A DNA stretch of 64,000 nucleotides. Origin: an uncultured Candidatus Saccharibacteria bacterium (GTDB lineage Bacteria; Patescibacteriota; Saccharimonadia; Saccharimonadales; CAIOMD01). The stretch lies in NCBI GenBank assembly GCA_903859365.1, contig CAIOMD010000002.1:17931-81930 (forward strand). Direction: 5' to 3'. The translations under genes were made by a program, and so were the position numbers. The notes under the pieces are model-generated. The model saw only the letters and a list, made by a program, of their open reading frames with translations, was not told the DNA's origin and searched no databases. The stretch's first letter is position 1. Each line of letters begins with the position of its first letter. Of the stretch, positions 18,019-26,694 are shown piece after piece.

Positions 18019-19065
18019 TTATTTTTTGATTTTGTCAAGCGCCTTATGCTTAATTTTGTTGTATAAAATGCTCTTCAAAATGAGTGGCGATTCTTTCATT
18101 GAAATGAGGTCGGCATCGCAGATAACTTGATCAGAAAGATCAGTACCAAACATCATAGTCACAACATGCTTATCGTGAGAAAAGATTGTTTCTCTTCCGT
18201 CACCAACGAGCAAAAGATTTTTTTCTTTTTCGGTTAGTATAATACCTAAACGAGCTAGCCATGGTTTATTGTTTTGTGCAACTAAAAACTGTGCTTTTTG
18301 ACAGTCTTCTGCTGTTGTCTTATCGTTCAATGCGACTACTACTCCTCCCAGTATTTCACTTAAATGTTGAGCCTGTTTTTCTTCAAGAATAAATTTTGTA
18401 TCGATCTTATGTATCATCTGAAGATGTCGAATAAGACTTAAAATCATTTCATTTGAAAGAGAAATTTCAAAAATAACTGTGTCTATGGATGCAAGAGTAC
18501 CGACTTTATCGGAATGGTTTATTGCTACTTTTAAATCATTAAGATGCGTAATTTCTTTTTTTAAACTTCTTTTGATTCGTTGTCTAAAAATAGAACTATC
18601 CCGAAAAAGCTCAGTTTGATTATTTCTAGCTACTACAATGCCCCTGCCTGAGCCCTCCGTCACAAAACTTCCCATAAATGCCATGCAGCGCTGCTTTCGA
18701 AGTTCAGTCGCTTGCAGTAGTGGCAGTGTGTTCTTCTGGGCGGGAAGTCCTTCGTTAGTGAAAAAGGATTGATCAATACATAACTTATCTACTTCAATTA
18801 ATCGAATGTCTGATGGAACTCTATTACCCTTTTCGATTAGAACCACATCGCCATTCACAAGATTTTGCACAGAAACTTTTTGCTTTTCACCGTTTCGTAC
18901 AACTTCAGCCTTTAGCAAGTTCACGATTTCGGGCCGTAGCTCAGGATCGCTATTTTTTCCTAAGCTTGCTAAGCGACGCAGGGCTTCTTTTTCATCAAGT
19001 CCTTGCGAAGATTTTACTAAAAAGAAATCCTCTACTTCTGCCTGCGTCTTCTTGTACCATTCCAT
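18019..19065 (-). CDS. soluble P-type-ATPase-like protein lacking all transmembrane segments
   Basis: 348 aa. Cation_ATPase_N-like start (GLDEKEALRRLASLGKN), actuator-like VVRNGEKQKVSVQNLVNGDVVLIEKGNRVPSDIRLIE...FTNEGLPAQK, SDKVGTLA in place of DKTGTLT, VGDGRET in place of GDGxND. No hydrophobic helices. Confidence 0.6.
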   Translation of the reverse strand: MEWYKKTQAEVEDFFLVKSSQGLDEKEALRRLASLGKNSDPELRPEIVNLLKAEVVRNGEKQKVSVQNLVNGDVVLIEKGNRVPSDIRLIEVDKLCIDQSFFTNEGLPAQKNTLPLLQATELRKQRCMAFMGSFVTEGSGRGIVVARNNQTELFRDSSIFRQRIKRSLKKEITHLNDLKVAINHSDKVGTLASIDTVIFEISLSNEMILSLIRHLQMIHKIDTKFILEEKQAQHLSEILGGVVVALNDKTTAEDCQKAQFLVAQNNKPWLARLGIILTEKEKNLLLVGDGRETIFSHDKHVVTMMFGTDLSDQVICDADLISMKESPLILKSILYNKIKHKALDKIKK

Positions 19066-19178
19066 AAACTATAACTTTCTTTCAAATCTGTTTTTCTAAA
19101 TTGCGATTATGCTTACAGCAATGATATAGTTTTTAGTAAAAGAGGGCAAAAAAATAATGAGTCAGGGGGGATACTATT

Positions 19179-19865
19179 ATGAGTGAGACATATTTCTACA
19201 TCCTAGCGATAATTGTTGGCCTTTTTCTCTCTACCAATCCCTTCTCTATTCATCTATTTTCAAAGCTACTCGTAGCTCATAAAGCAACGGGTACCGCAAA
19301 ACACAAAACGTCGCTTTTTGGCCTACTATATCTATTCCTCGTATGGCTTTGGCTCTCACTCACTGCCATTATTCTTTATGAATCATTCATATCATTAAGT
19401 GTAAAAAATCTTCACTACGTAGCTATCACTGTCGCTGGACTAGGAATAATTGCAGGACTTTTAGAACTAAAAAAATATAACTGGCCAAAGCCTCATTCCA
19501 CTAAGAAGACAATGAGAATCCACGAATCAATTCACAAGACAATGAACCTCGCAGCTGTTGTTAAGCTATCTATCGAAACTATTGTTGAAAACATAGCCAG
19601 CTATCTTATGCCCGTACTTTTATTCTCAGTACTCGTTTGTCTTCTTAGTAGCTCAAGTATAAGCTTTCTGTTGCTTTTTAATTTTGCAATGATTTTAAGT
19701 TTAGTTAAGATCTACATTCTAAATAGTTTAAATGTAAAAATGAGCGCAGTGCTTGAATGGAATCAAAATAGCAAAAATATTTTTAGATTATGTATTGGGG
19801 CAGGTCTCGTAATGCTCAGCTGGCTTATTCTGCTTGTTGTGGCAAAAGTAATAGGGTTTAACTGA
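19179..19865 (+). CDS. hypothetical polytopic membrane protein
   Basis: 228 aa with about 6 hydrophobic helices. Its stop overlaps the start of the next gene (TGATG). Confidence 0.6.
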   Translation: MSETYFYILAIIVGLFLSTNPFSIHLFSKLLVAHKATGTAKHKTSLFGLLYLFLVWLWLSLTAIILYESFISLSVKNLHYVAITVAGLGIIAGLLELKKYNWPKPHSTKKTMRIHESIHKTMNLAAVVKLSIETIVENIASYLMPVLLFSVLVCLLSSSSISFLLLFNFAMILSLVKIYILNSLNVKMSAVLEWNQNSKNIFRLCIGAGLVMLSWLILLVVAKVIGFN

Positions 19866-20134
19866 TGCTTCATATTCTAAAAAATGATGGCAGAATCGTT
19901 TCGTATCAGCTTAATAAAGTTTCGCGTAGCATACGACTTAGTTGTCAAGCGGCAGAACTTGAAGCTTATCTAACTACTCAGACAATAGCGGCTGTTCTTA
20001 CCTCTCTTCATCAATGGCTCGAGAATAAGGAAGAGGTGACGACTGAAGATATTCGAACTCAAATAATAAAGTCATTGGCTTCAGTCCAACCACAAGCAGC
20101 CATCATTTATGAAAGTGCTAGAAGCCTGGAGTAG
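19865..20134 (+). CDS. stand-alone ATP-cone domain protein
   Basis: 89 aa. ILKNDGRIVSYQLNKVSRSIRLS...EEVTTEDIRTQIIKSL...IYESAR follows the ATP-cone pattern (V.KRDG..E.F...KI..SI ... is.e.Iq..V...L ... Y..yr). Confidence 0.65.
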   Translation: MLHILKNDGRIVSYQLNKVSRSIRLSCQAAELEAYLTTQTIAAVLTSLHQWLENKEEVTTEDIRTQIIKSLASVQPQAAIIYESARSLE

Positions 20135-20136
20135 GA

Positions 20137-21528
20137 ATGGCTAAAAAACATAAAAAACCAAAAAATTTTGATTTTGACCTTCTTGTTATTGGGAGTGGAC
20201 CCGGTGGTGGTGTAGCCGCTCATTTAGGAGCAAATGCAAACAAAAGAATCGGTCTCATAGAACAAGGAGATGTAGGTGGCGCAAATGCTTTTTATGGCAC
20301 TATTCCAACAAGAGCCTTACTTGATGCAGCTGACAAGCTGTGGCAATTAAAAACTATCGGCAAATACGGCATTCGCTCCAGCTCTCAAAGTTACAATTTT
20401 CGAGCAGTTCAGCTGTGGAAACAAAAAGCAATGTACGCTACGGGGATACTTGAAGAAAGTGACACCTTTAATCACGATAAAATTAAGCTCATAAAAGGTC
20501 GAGCTCATTTTGTTTCTCCATGGACTATCAGCGTTGGCATGAAACGATATAGCGCAAAAAAATTTATTATAGCTTCTGGAAGTGCTCCTATAGCCCCCCT
20601 AATACCAGGACTCAACGAAGCAGGTTTTTTAACAGTAAAAGAAGCAAGTAATCTCGAAAAACCACCTCGCAGTCTTTTCATACTAGGTGGTGGAAAAATT
20701 GCATACGAATATAGCCAAATTTTTAGTGCTTTTGATAGCCGTGTTCACATCGCAGAACCATCAAATACACTGCTCTATCATGCTGATACCGAGGTCAACG
20801 ATGGTGCAATATGGGCACTTGAAGGAAAAGGAATACGTGTCCACCTTGAAACACAAGTCACGTCCATTACGCTCCATGGGGGCAAGAAAATAATAAGTTT
20901 AGTTAAAAACGGTCGCCTTCATCGCGTTGTTGTCGAGCAAATACTTATCGCCGGTGAAGAACAGCCCGCCCTAGATATGGGGCTAGAAAATAGTGGTGTC
21001 AGCTACGGACCCAAAGGTATTAAAGTAAATGATTATCTACAAACAAATAAAAAGCACATCTACGCGCTTGGCAGTGTTATTGGAAAGCAGGCTGAGCCAC
21101 ACACCGCATCTGCAGAAGCTAGACTCGTAATTCATAATATGTATAGCAAAAAACCTATAAAATATCCCTTTAATAGTTCGCCAACCGTCTTATATGGAAC
21201 CCCTGAAATAGCCTATGTTGGCAAAAATGAGCAAACCTTAAAGCAAATATCTAAAAAATACCAGATCGGAATAGCTCCTATTGAGCTCATCGGTAGCGCT
21301 CGAACAAATGACTATTCTGGTGGTTTTGTTAAACTACTTACTTCAAAAGAAGGACTGATTGAAGGTGCGTCCATTATTAGCTCGCATGCCAGCGAAAACA
21401 TAAGTGAACTTTCTCTCTCTGTTAATAGCAGAATTCATGCAAAAGCCTTGGCCACAGTACCACACCCTTTTTCATCTGAAAGTACTGCCATACAAGTTGC
21501 TGCAGCTCAAATTAAATCAAACCACTAA
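20137..21528 (+). CDS. pyridine nucleotide-disulfide oxidoreductase homologue (Lpd/GR-like) without the redox-active CxxxxC
   Basis: FAD motif LLVIGSGPGGGVAA, NAD motif ILGGGKIAYE, C-terminal HP..SE dimerisation motif (VPHPFSSES). Where GGTCLNVGCIPSK is expected the protein has GGANAFYGTIPTR. Confidence 0.8.
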   Translation: MAKKHKKPKNFDFDLLVIGSGPGGGVAAHLGANANKRIGLIEQGDVGGANAFYGTIPTRALLDAADKLWQLKTIGKYGIRSSSQSYNFRAVQLWKQKAMYATGILEESDTFNHDKIKLIKGRAHFVSPWTISVGMKRYSAKKFIIASGSAPIAPLIPGLNEAGFLTVKEASNLEKPPRSLFILGGGKIAYEYSQIFSAFDSRVHIAEPSNTLLYHADTEVNDGAIWALEGKGIRVHLETQVTSITLHGGKKIISLVKNGRLHRVVVEQILIAGEEQPALDMGLENSGVSYGPKGIKVNDYLQTNKKHIYALGSVIGKQAEPHTASAEARLVIHNMYSKKPIKYPFNSSPTVLYGTPEIAYVGKNEQTLKQISKKYQIGIAPIELIGSARTNDYSGGFVKLLTSKEGLIEGASIISSHASENISELSLSVNSRIHAKALATVPHPFSSESTAIQVAAAQIKSNH

Positions 21529-21686
21529 TTAAACCCTCTATTTCTCTCTGTACAGTTATTGATTTTCATGCTTAACTATGCCTAGCAAGGTTTTGTCTTC
21601 TCTTATGACCTAATAGATCTTAAGGCTCAAGGACAGACAGGGTCGTACTTGCATTTATTTATAAGAACACAAGGTAAGAAAAGTAC

Positions 21687-22031
21687 ATGGCATACAAGTT
21701 ATTTATCGGAAGCCTCGCATGGGCAACCGACGACGCTTCACTCGAAGCTGCATTCGCTCCTTTCGGAACTGTTGTTAGTGCTACTGTCGTGAAAGATCGC
21801 GATAGTGGACGAAGCAAGGGATTCGGATTTGTTGAATTCGCAGACGACGCTGAAGGAAAAGCTGCTGAAGCTGCAATGAATGGCAAAGATCTTGATGGAA
21901 GAGAAATCGTTGTAAACGAAGCTCGACCACGAGAAGACAAGCCACGACGCGACTTCGGTGGTAACGGTGGCGGTGGCTATCGCGGCGGAGACGATCGCGG
22001 TGGTTCATCATTCCGTAAAAAGAGCTGGTAA
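21687..22031 (+). CDS. RRM-type RNA-binding protein with Gly/Arg-rich tail
   Basis: RNP2 KLFIGSL and RNP1 KGFGFVEF, C-terminal GGNGGGGYRGGDDRGG. Confidence 0.9.
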   Translation: MAYKLFIGSLAWATDDASLEAAFAPFGTVVSATVVKDRDSGRSKGFGFVEFADDAEGKAAEAAMNGKDLDGREIVVNEARPREDKPRRDFGGNGGGGYRGGDDRGGSSFRKKSW

Positions 22032-22053
22032 TTAAAAATCCAGACAACAAAAA

Positions 22054-22080
22054 AGGCCTTCAGAAATGAAGGTCTTTTTT
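22054..22080 (+). terminator. intrinsic terminator of the RRM gene
   Basis: AGGCCTTCA-GAAA-TGAAGGTCT (9 bp including one G-U) followed by a T-run. Confidence 0.6.
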
Positions 22081-22091
22081 AATTATTATTT

Positions 22092-22167
22092 TGGTGGGGC
22101 CGGCTGGACTTGAACCAGCGACCAATCGGTTATGAGCCGACTGCTCTAACCACTGAGCTACGGCCCC
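22092..22167 (-). tRNA. tRNA with CAT anticodon (elongator Met or Ile2-lysidine type)
   Basis: Reverse complement GGGGCCGTAGCTCAGTGGTTAGAGCAGTCGGCTCATAACCGATTGGTCGCTGGTTCAAGTCCAGCCGGCCCCACCA. Regular cloverleaf with fully paired 1:72. Confidence 0.85.
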
Positions 22168-22236
22168 ACAAATAACTAGTTAATTATACCCTAGTCGAGT
22201 ACAAAAGTTATAGAGTGTACTATACTATAAAAAGGT

Positions 22237-22677
22237 ATGTACGAAAAAATAAAAAACAGTTCTTTCTCTAAATCATTATTTAATACGAAAAACCTCGGCC
22301 TCTATGCCGTGTTTTTGATTGGCTTATCAGTCACCTGGAGTACTGTAAAAATTATTCAAAAAAATTATATCCTACAGAGACAAATTACCACACTTCAGCA
22401 ATCAGTTGCTGTTCAAACACAAATGAATCAAAACGAAACGCTACTTATTAATTATTACAGTTCTGATTCGTATTTAAGTCTTGAAGCAAGAAAGTATTTC
22501 AATAAAGCGCTACCAGGAGAAAAGCTAATTCTCGTACCTACAGCTATTTCAAATAAATATATTCATCAAACAGCCGTTATAAATAGTGATATTTCAAAAA
22601 ATACACCTAAGGCTAAGGTGCTTCAAAACTGGCAAGATTGGGTTAATTTCTTTTTTCATAAAACCTCTGCCCCTTGA
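22237..22677 (+). CDS. septum formation initiator family protein (FtsB/DivIC-like)
   Basis: 146 aa. N-terminal TM, then a coiled coil (LQRQITTLQQSVAVQTQ) and YLSLEARKYFNKALPGEKLILVP, resembling the DivIC/FtsB C-terminal motif. Confidence 0.6.
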   Translation: MYEKIKNSSFSKSLFNTKNLGLYAVFLIGLSVTWSTVKIIQKNYILQRQITTLQQSVAVQTQMNQNETLLINYYSSDSYLSLEARKYFNKALPGEKLILVPTAISNKYIHQTAVINSDISKNTPKAKVLQNWQDWVNFFFHKTSAP

Positions 22678-22717
22678 CCAGGATATAAATACAGGGTATT
22701 ATAACCTTCGGTCTTAA

Positions 22718-22792
22718 TGCGGGGTAGAGCAGTGGCAGCTCGTGTGGCTCATAACCACAAGGTCGCAGGTTCGAGTCCTGCCCCCGCGACCA
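22718..22792 (+). tRNA. initiator-type tRNA-Met (CAT)
   Basis: TGCGGGGTAGAGCAGTGGCAGCTCGTGTGGCTCATAACCACAAGGTCGCAGGTTCGAGTCCTGCCCCCGCGACCA. A11:U24 pair in the D stem and a weak U1-G72 pair are initiator-like. Close resemblance to bacterial tRNA-fMet (CGCGGGGTGGAGCAGC...). Confidence 0.8.
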
Positions 22793-22799
22793 AGAAAGC

Positions 22800-22830
22800 A
22801 TCCTCAAATTTATCTTGAGGATTTTTTCTT
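22800..22830 (+). terminator. intrinsic terminator after tRNA-fMet
   Basis: ATCCTCAA-ATTTATC-TTGAGGAT (8-bp perfect stem) followed by TTTTTT. Confidence 0.65.
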
Positions 22831-22864
22831 TTTATAGTATTGTTCGATTAACAATAATTTACAT

Positions 22865-24715
22865 ATGGGGGGCCTTATGGAAAATAATAAAAAAGATGAA
22901 GTGGGAAGCGTTCATCAGGAAAAAACAGAAATAAAAAACCTCGAACTTCATGATGAAAAAATACGTCATTTTACCAAAAAAAAGTTATTTCTAGTTTTAG
23001 TTGCCGCGTCACTACTCGCGATATGTATTGGAATTGGTGTTCATATAATCCAAAAAAATGAGAAAAAACCAACCTCGATATCGTCAAAAGTAGTTGATCA
23101 TACCGTTAAAATTATTGGTAACGTACCCAAAACTGGGGCATCATTCTTAAGCAGCCCCACTAAATTAAACGATCTTAATCTTTTCAAAAATACTATTCCA
23201 TTATTTGGTGCTGACGAATCTTGTTATAGCTCACAAACCTATCAAATAATCCCCGGCTGCACCACTCCCAGACCATTATCGATAACATATTCACAGATTG
23301 GTACTAATGCTAAAAATCAGCCTTTTATTTTAGCAACCGTTGTCGACACTTCAAATGGCGGTAATTACACAGCTGGTACATTCTTATTTGTAAAAACAGC
23401 TACAAATACATACACCTTTTTTGAGAATTTTTATAAAAAACAAGAGCACGGTAATAATTACTCTAGTCAATATTGGGCAGATGAAGTTCAAAATCTAGTG
23501 GATACTTTTTCTTCAAATGTCACCATCAATAAAACTGATGACATAACCGACTTCACCTTTCCCCAAACGGTAACAATAGCAGGTGCAACATTTAATTTAC
23601 CTGCCGTCGGCGATTTTACCGGTATAGGAAATTTTATAGACCCACCAGTGCCGCCAGCGAATAGCACAAAACTCGGATCAATTGGAACTATAAACTTTTA
23701 TAAAAATATACAGGCAGATGCAAATGGCTACCAAGTAGTTGCTGTCCTTGCATACATTGGCAATTATCAGATTCAATACCAGCCATACGACACAATGATT
23801 AGTAGCAATTCTTACATAAATTTCGATACCTCGATTCCTGGTGGAGAAGTGTCAACATCCAATTTATTTACGCAGCAACCAGGTTGCGGTAAAATAGCCG
23901 GATTCCTAATTGACAAAAATCCAAGCAGTAATAATCTAAAGAAAATTGGCGTTGGGCCAAGTGGCCAAACTGTCTATCAGCTTATTAATAGCGATCCTTT
24001 GCTTGGGTTTATCTACGCGAATGACTATGCAAATGGCCAGTACGTGCAAGATACGACGCTACAAGGATTAAGCCTGCAGCAATTCCAGGATAAACATGCA
24101 GTGATGCTTGCCAAGAATTCTCTAGGAGATTATCAAATATATCTTCGCGCCGATATGTTCTCGCAAGGAGAGTGCGGTAAACCAGTTATTTACCTCTACC
24201 CAACTCATACCCAGTCAGTTGACGTCAAAGTGGCTGCTGCAATAACGAAATCACTACCAACCTACGGATCAGATGGATGGAAAAACGTAATAGCTCAACC
24301 AAATGGAACGCTTTCTTATCAGAATGACGTGTATCCAAATCTTTTCTGGGAAGGTACTGGAGATGGTTCATATCCTACGGTCAACTCGGGTACCATTGTG
24401 AAAACAAGCGACGCAGCTGTGACAATTAAAAAACAACTTCAGCAACAGGGTTTAAATAGCAATGAAATAACAGATTTCTTAGCGTATTGGGTGCCAAAAT
24501 TACCAAATACCCCCTACACGAGACTGACATGGTTCAATACAAGTCAGATGAATCAATTAGCACCTCTCACTATCTCTCCAACCCCTTCAACGCTACTACG
24601 TGTATTCCTTGACTTCCAAGGTCTACAAAAACCATACTCCTTGCCAGCACAAGTACTCACTACAACATCTCGTAATGGATTCACGGCTGTTGAATGGGGA
24701 GGATTACTAAGATAG
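22865..24715 (+). CDS. large hypothetical membrane-anchored extracellular protein
   Basis: 616 aa. Charged N-terminus, one TM (LFLVLVAASLLAICIGIGVHII), Asn/Thr/Gln-rich extracellular part. No recognisable domain. Confidence 0.65.
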   Translation: MGGLMENNKKDEVGSVHQEKTEIKNLELHDEKIRHFTKKKLFLVLVAASLLAICIGIGVHIIQKNEKKPTSISSKVVDHTVKIIGNVPKTGASFLSSPTKLNDLNLFKNTIPLFGADESCYSSQTYQIIPGCTTPRPLSITYSQIGTNAKNQPFILATVVDTSNGGNYTAGTFLFVKTATNTYTFFENFYKKQEHGNNYSSQYWADEVQNLVDTFSSNVTINKTDDITDFTFPQTVTIAGATFNLPAVGDFTGIGNFIDPPVPPANSTKLGSIGTINFYKNIQADANGYQVVAVLAYIGNYQIQYQPYDTMISSNSYINFDTSIPGGEVSTSNLFTQQPGCGKIAGFLIDKNPSSNNLKKIGVGPSGQTVYQLINSDPLLGFIYANDYANGQYVQDTTLQGLSLQQFQDKHAVMLAKNSLGDYQIYLRADMFSQGECGKPVIYLYPTHTQSVDVKVAAAITKSLPTYGSDGWKNVIAQPNGTLSYQNDVYPNLFWEGTGDGSYPTVNSGTIVKTSDAAVTIKKQLQQQGLNSNEITDFLAYWVPKLPNTPYTRLTWFNTSQMNQLAPLTISPTPSTLLRVFLDFQGLQKPYSLPAQVLTTTSRNGFTAVEWGGLLR

Positions 24716-24791
24716 TAATCTTATCTGTTGGGCGCGCAACTTACAAATATAAATAATTGAAGTAGCTCTACTCAACTATTTATATTAATCA

Positions 24792-25343
24792 CTAGGACCG
24801 TAAACTCTTTGTTGCATTTGCCCATCTTATGAGCTCTGTAACTTGTCCAGTTGGTTCACCACGAAAATCAGTAACTTCACCTGCCTCAGTAACATTGGCC
24901 CATGGCTCATTGACCCAAACGCGCTCTCGGAGAGGCACCATCTGAAGTTCGGACGAAACTGAAACAAGATGCTCGATAGCTCGAGCAGCACCTACAGCCC
25001 CATAGCCCACAAAAGCTACCGGCTTGTATTGCCACTCGTTCTTAAGAAAACTAATCGCGTTAAGAAGGACGGGGCTTGGGGCATGGTTGTATTCAGGTGT
25101 TACCCATATATAACCGTCGGCTTTTGCAATTAATTCAGCAAATTTCTTAGTATGTTCATTTTGGTATTGACCCATGCTTGCCGGCATAGCTTCATCCAAA
25201 AATGGAAGATTAATATCTTGCAAGTCAACTAGTTCAATCGTTGAACCAGCAGGTAGTTCTAATTTTCCCATATACCAATCAGTGATTTTTTTTGCTACTC
25301 TACCTGGTCGAGTGCTTCCTATAATAATTTGAATATGTGCCAT
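24792..25343 (-). CDS. NAD(P)H-dependent FMN reductase family oxidoreductase
   Basis: 183 aa. IIIGSTRPGR flavodoxin-like N-terminus and WVTPEYNH motif. Confidence 0.85.
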   Translation of the reverse strand: MAHIQIIIGSTRPGRVAKKITDWYMGKLELPAGSTIELVDLQDINLPFLDEAMPASMGQYQNEHTKKFAELIAKADGYIWVTPEYNHAPSPVLLNAISFLKNEWQYKPVAFVGYGAVGAARAIEHLVSVSSELQMVPLRERVWVNEPWANVTEAGEVTDFRGEPTGQVTELIRWANATKSLRS

Positions 25344-25432
25344 TTTTTCCTCTTTTCTTATTTACTATACTAAGTATAGTTACTCACTATATTTTGTAAA
25401 GTCTTTATTTTTAACGTAAAATAAGTTCTATT

Positions 25433-25747
25433 ATGGAAAAAGCTACCACCACTTCTCCAGATTGCGTTCTCTACACCCTTTCTATACTCGGTGACAAATG
25501 GTCGCTTTTAATAGTCAGAGAAATGACTGGATGCCCACAGAGCTTTAGTGATCTTGAAGCTGCATTGCCCGGTATTAGTCCTCGAACTTTATCTATGCGC
25601 CTTAATAAACTACTAGCAGATGCTATCATCACAAAAGACCTTTACTGCGAACGTCCACCTCGTTATCACTATTTACTCACAGAAAAAGGAACTGATCTAA
25701 AAAACATTCTTAAAGATATGTCTTCCTGGGGAAAAAAGTATTCTTAA
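25433..25747 (+). CDS. HxlR-family winged-helix transcriptional regulator
   Basis: 104 aa. LSILGDKWSLLIVREM...F.DLE..LPGISPRTLSMRLNKL is the HxlR signature. Divergent from the FMN reductase, a classic pairing. Confidence 0.85.
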   Translation: MEKATTTSPDCVLYTLSILGDKWSLLIVREMTGCPQSFSDLEAALPGISPRTLSMRLNKLLADAIITKDLYCERPPRYHYLLTEKGTDLKNILKDMSSWGKKYS

Positions 25748-26694
25748 GAAATTTTTGATTCGATCACTTCAAGCATCCCATCAAGACTTTCGCTACGCAT
25801 AAGCTGATCACGAAACAAACTGGCATTTTCAATGCCATGAACATAGACTTTAGCCATTCTTTTTAGTCCCTGCCAATTTCTATCTCTGTTTTGATACGTT
25901 TGTTGAAATAACTCAATGTGTTTTTTGAAAAGACTAAGCCGATCTTTTTCAGTCATATCCTTCCAGGGAGATTGTTTAGAAAAAATATATGGGTCGGTAA
26001 AAATAGCACGCCCAATCATGATACCGTCTAGCTTATATTGCTTTGCTAATTGCTCTCCATGTTCTCTACTCTCAACATCTCCATTACCCACTATAAGGGT
26101 TGTAGGGGCTACCTTGTCACGAATCTTTGCAATCTGAGCTATATCGTTCCAACGGGCAGGCACCTTACTCATTTCTTTTGTTGTGCGGCCGTGTACCGTT
26201 AGCATATCTATTCCCTGCTCTAAAATGAGTTCTGGCCACGTAAAATCGACTTCATTCCAGCCAGTACGAATTTTCACACTCACTGGAACGCGCCCATTAA
26301 CACCTCTCTTGACTGCAGCAATAATGGCAACCGCAAGATCACGATCATTGATAAGTGCCGAGCAACAACCATTCTTAACAATTGTCTTGTCGGGGCACCC
26401 CATATTGATATCTATGCCCGCAAACCCCATCTCAACAAGCTCAGCAGCAGTCTTTTCATAATTAGCTGGCACCTTCCCCCATATTTGAGCCACCACTGGC
26501 TTTTCTTTTTGAGTGAGTGCCACTTTATGAATGAGCCGAGGTCTTCCCTTACTTTGCAAGCCATCAACATTCACAAATTCTGTAAAGAATAAATCGGGCT
26601 TAGCACAATCAGCTATCACTTGTCTAAACACCGTGTCGGTAACATCATCCATAGGAGCAAGAACAAAGAAAGGTTTTATCAGATTTAACATCAT
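25744..26694 (-). CDS. dus: tRNA-dihydrouridine synthase
   Basis: 316 aa. LAPMDDVTDTVFR, GIDINMGCP, VSVKIR..W, TVHGRT motifs of Dus enzymes. Confidence 0.9.
   Translation of the reverse strand: MMLNLIKPFFVLAPMDDVTDTVFRQVIADCAKPDLFFTEFVNVDGLQSKGRPRLIHKVALTQKEKPVVAQIWGKVPANYEKTAAELVEMGFAGIDINMGCPDKTIVKNGCCSALINDRDLAVAIIAAVKRGVNGRVPVSVKIRTGWNEVDFTWPELILEQGIDMLTVHGRTTKEMSKVPARWNDIAQIAKIRDKVAPTTLIVGNGDVESREHGEQLAKQYKLDGIMIGRAIFTDPYIFSKQSPWKDMTEKDRLSLFKKHIELFQQTYQNRDRNWQGLKRMAKVYVHGIENASLFRDQLMRSESLDGMLEVIESKIS

Noticed and set aside
21659-22050. 93-aa and 89-aa minus-strand ORFs overlapping the RRM protein gene
   Set aside because: Antisense or alternative-frame shadows of the Gly/Arg-rich RRM gene. 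The RRM frame has clear RNP1/RNP2 motifs.
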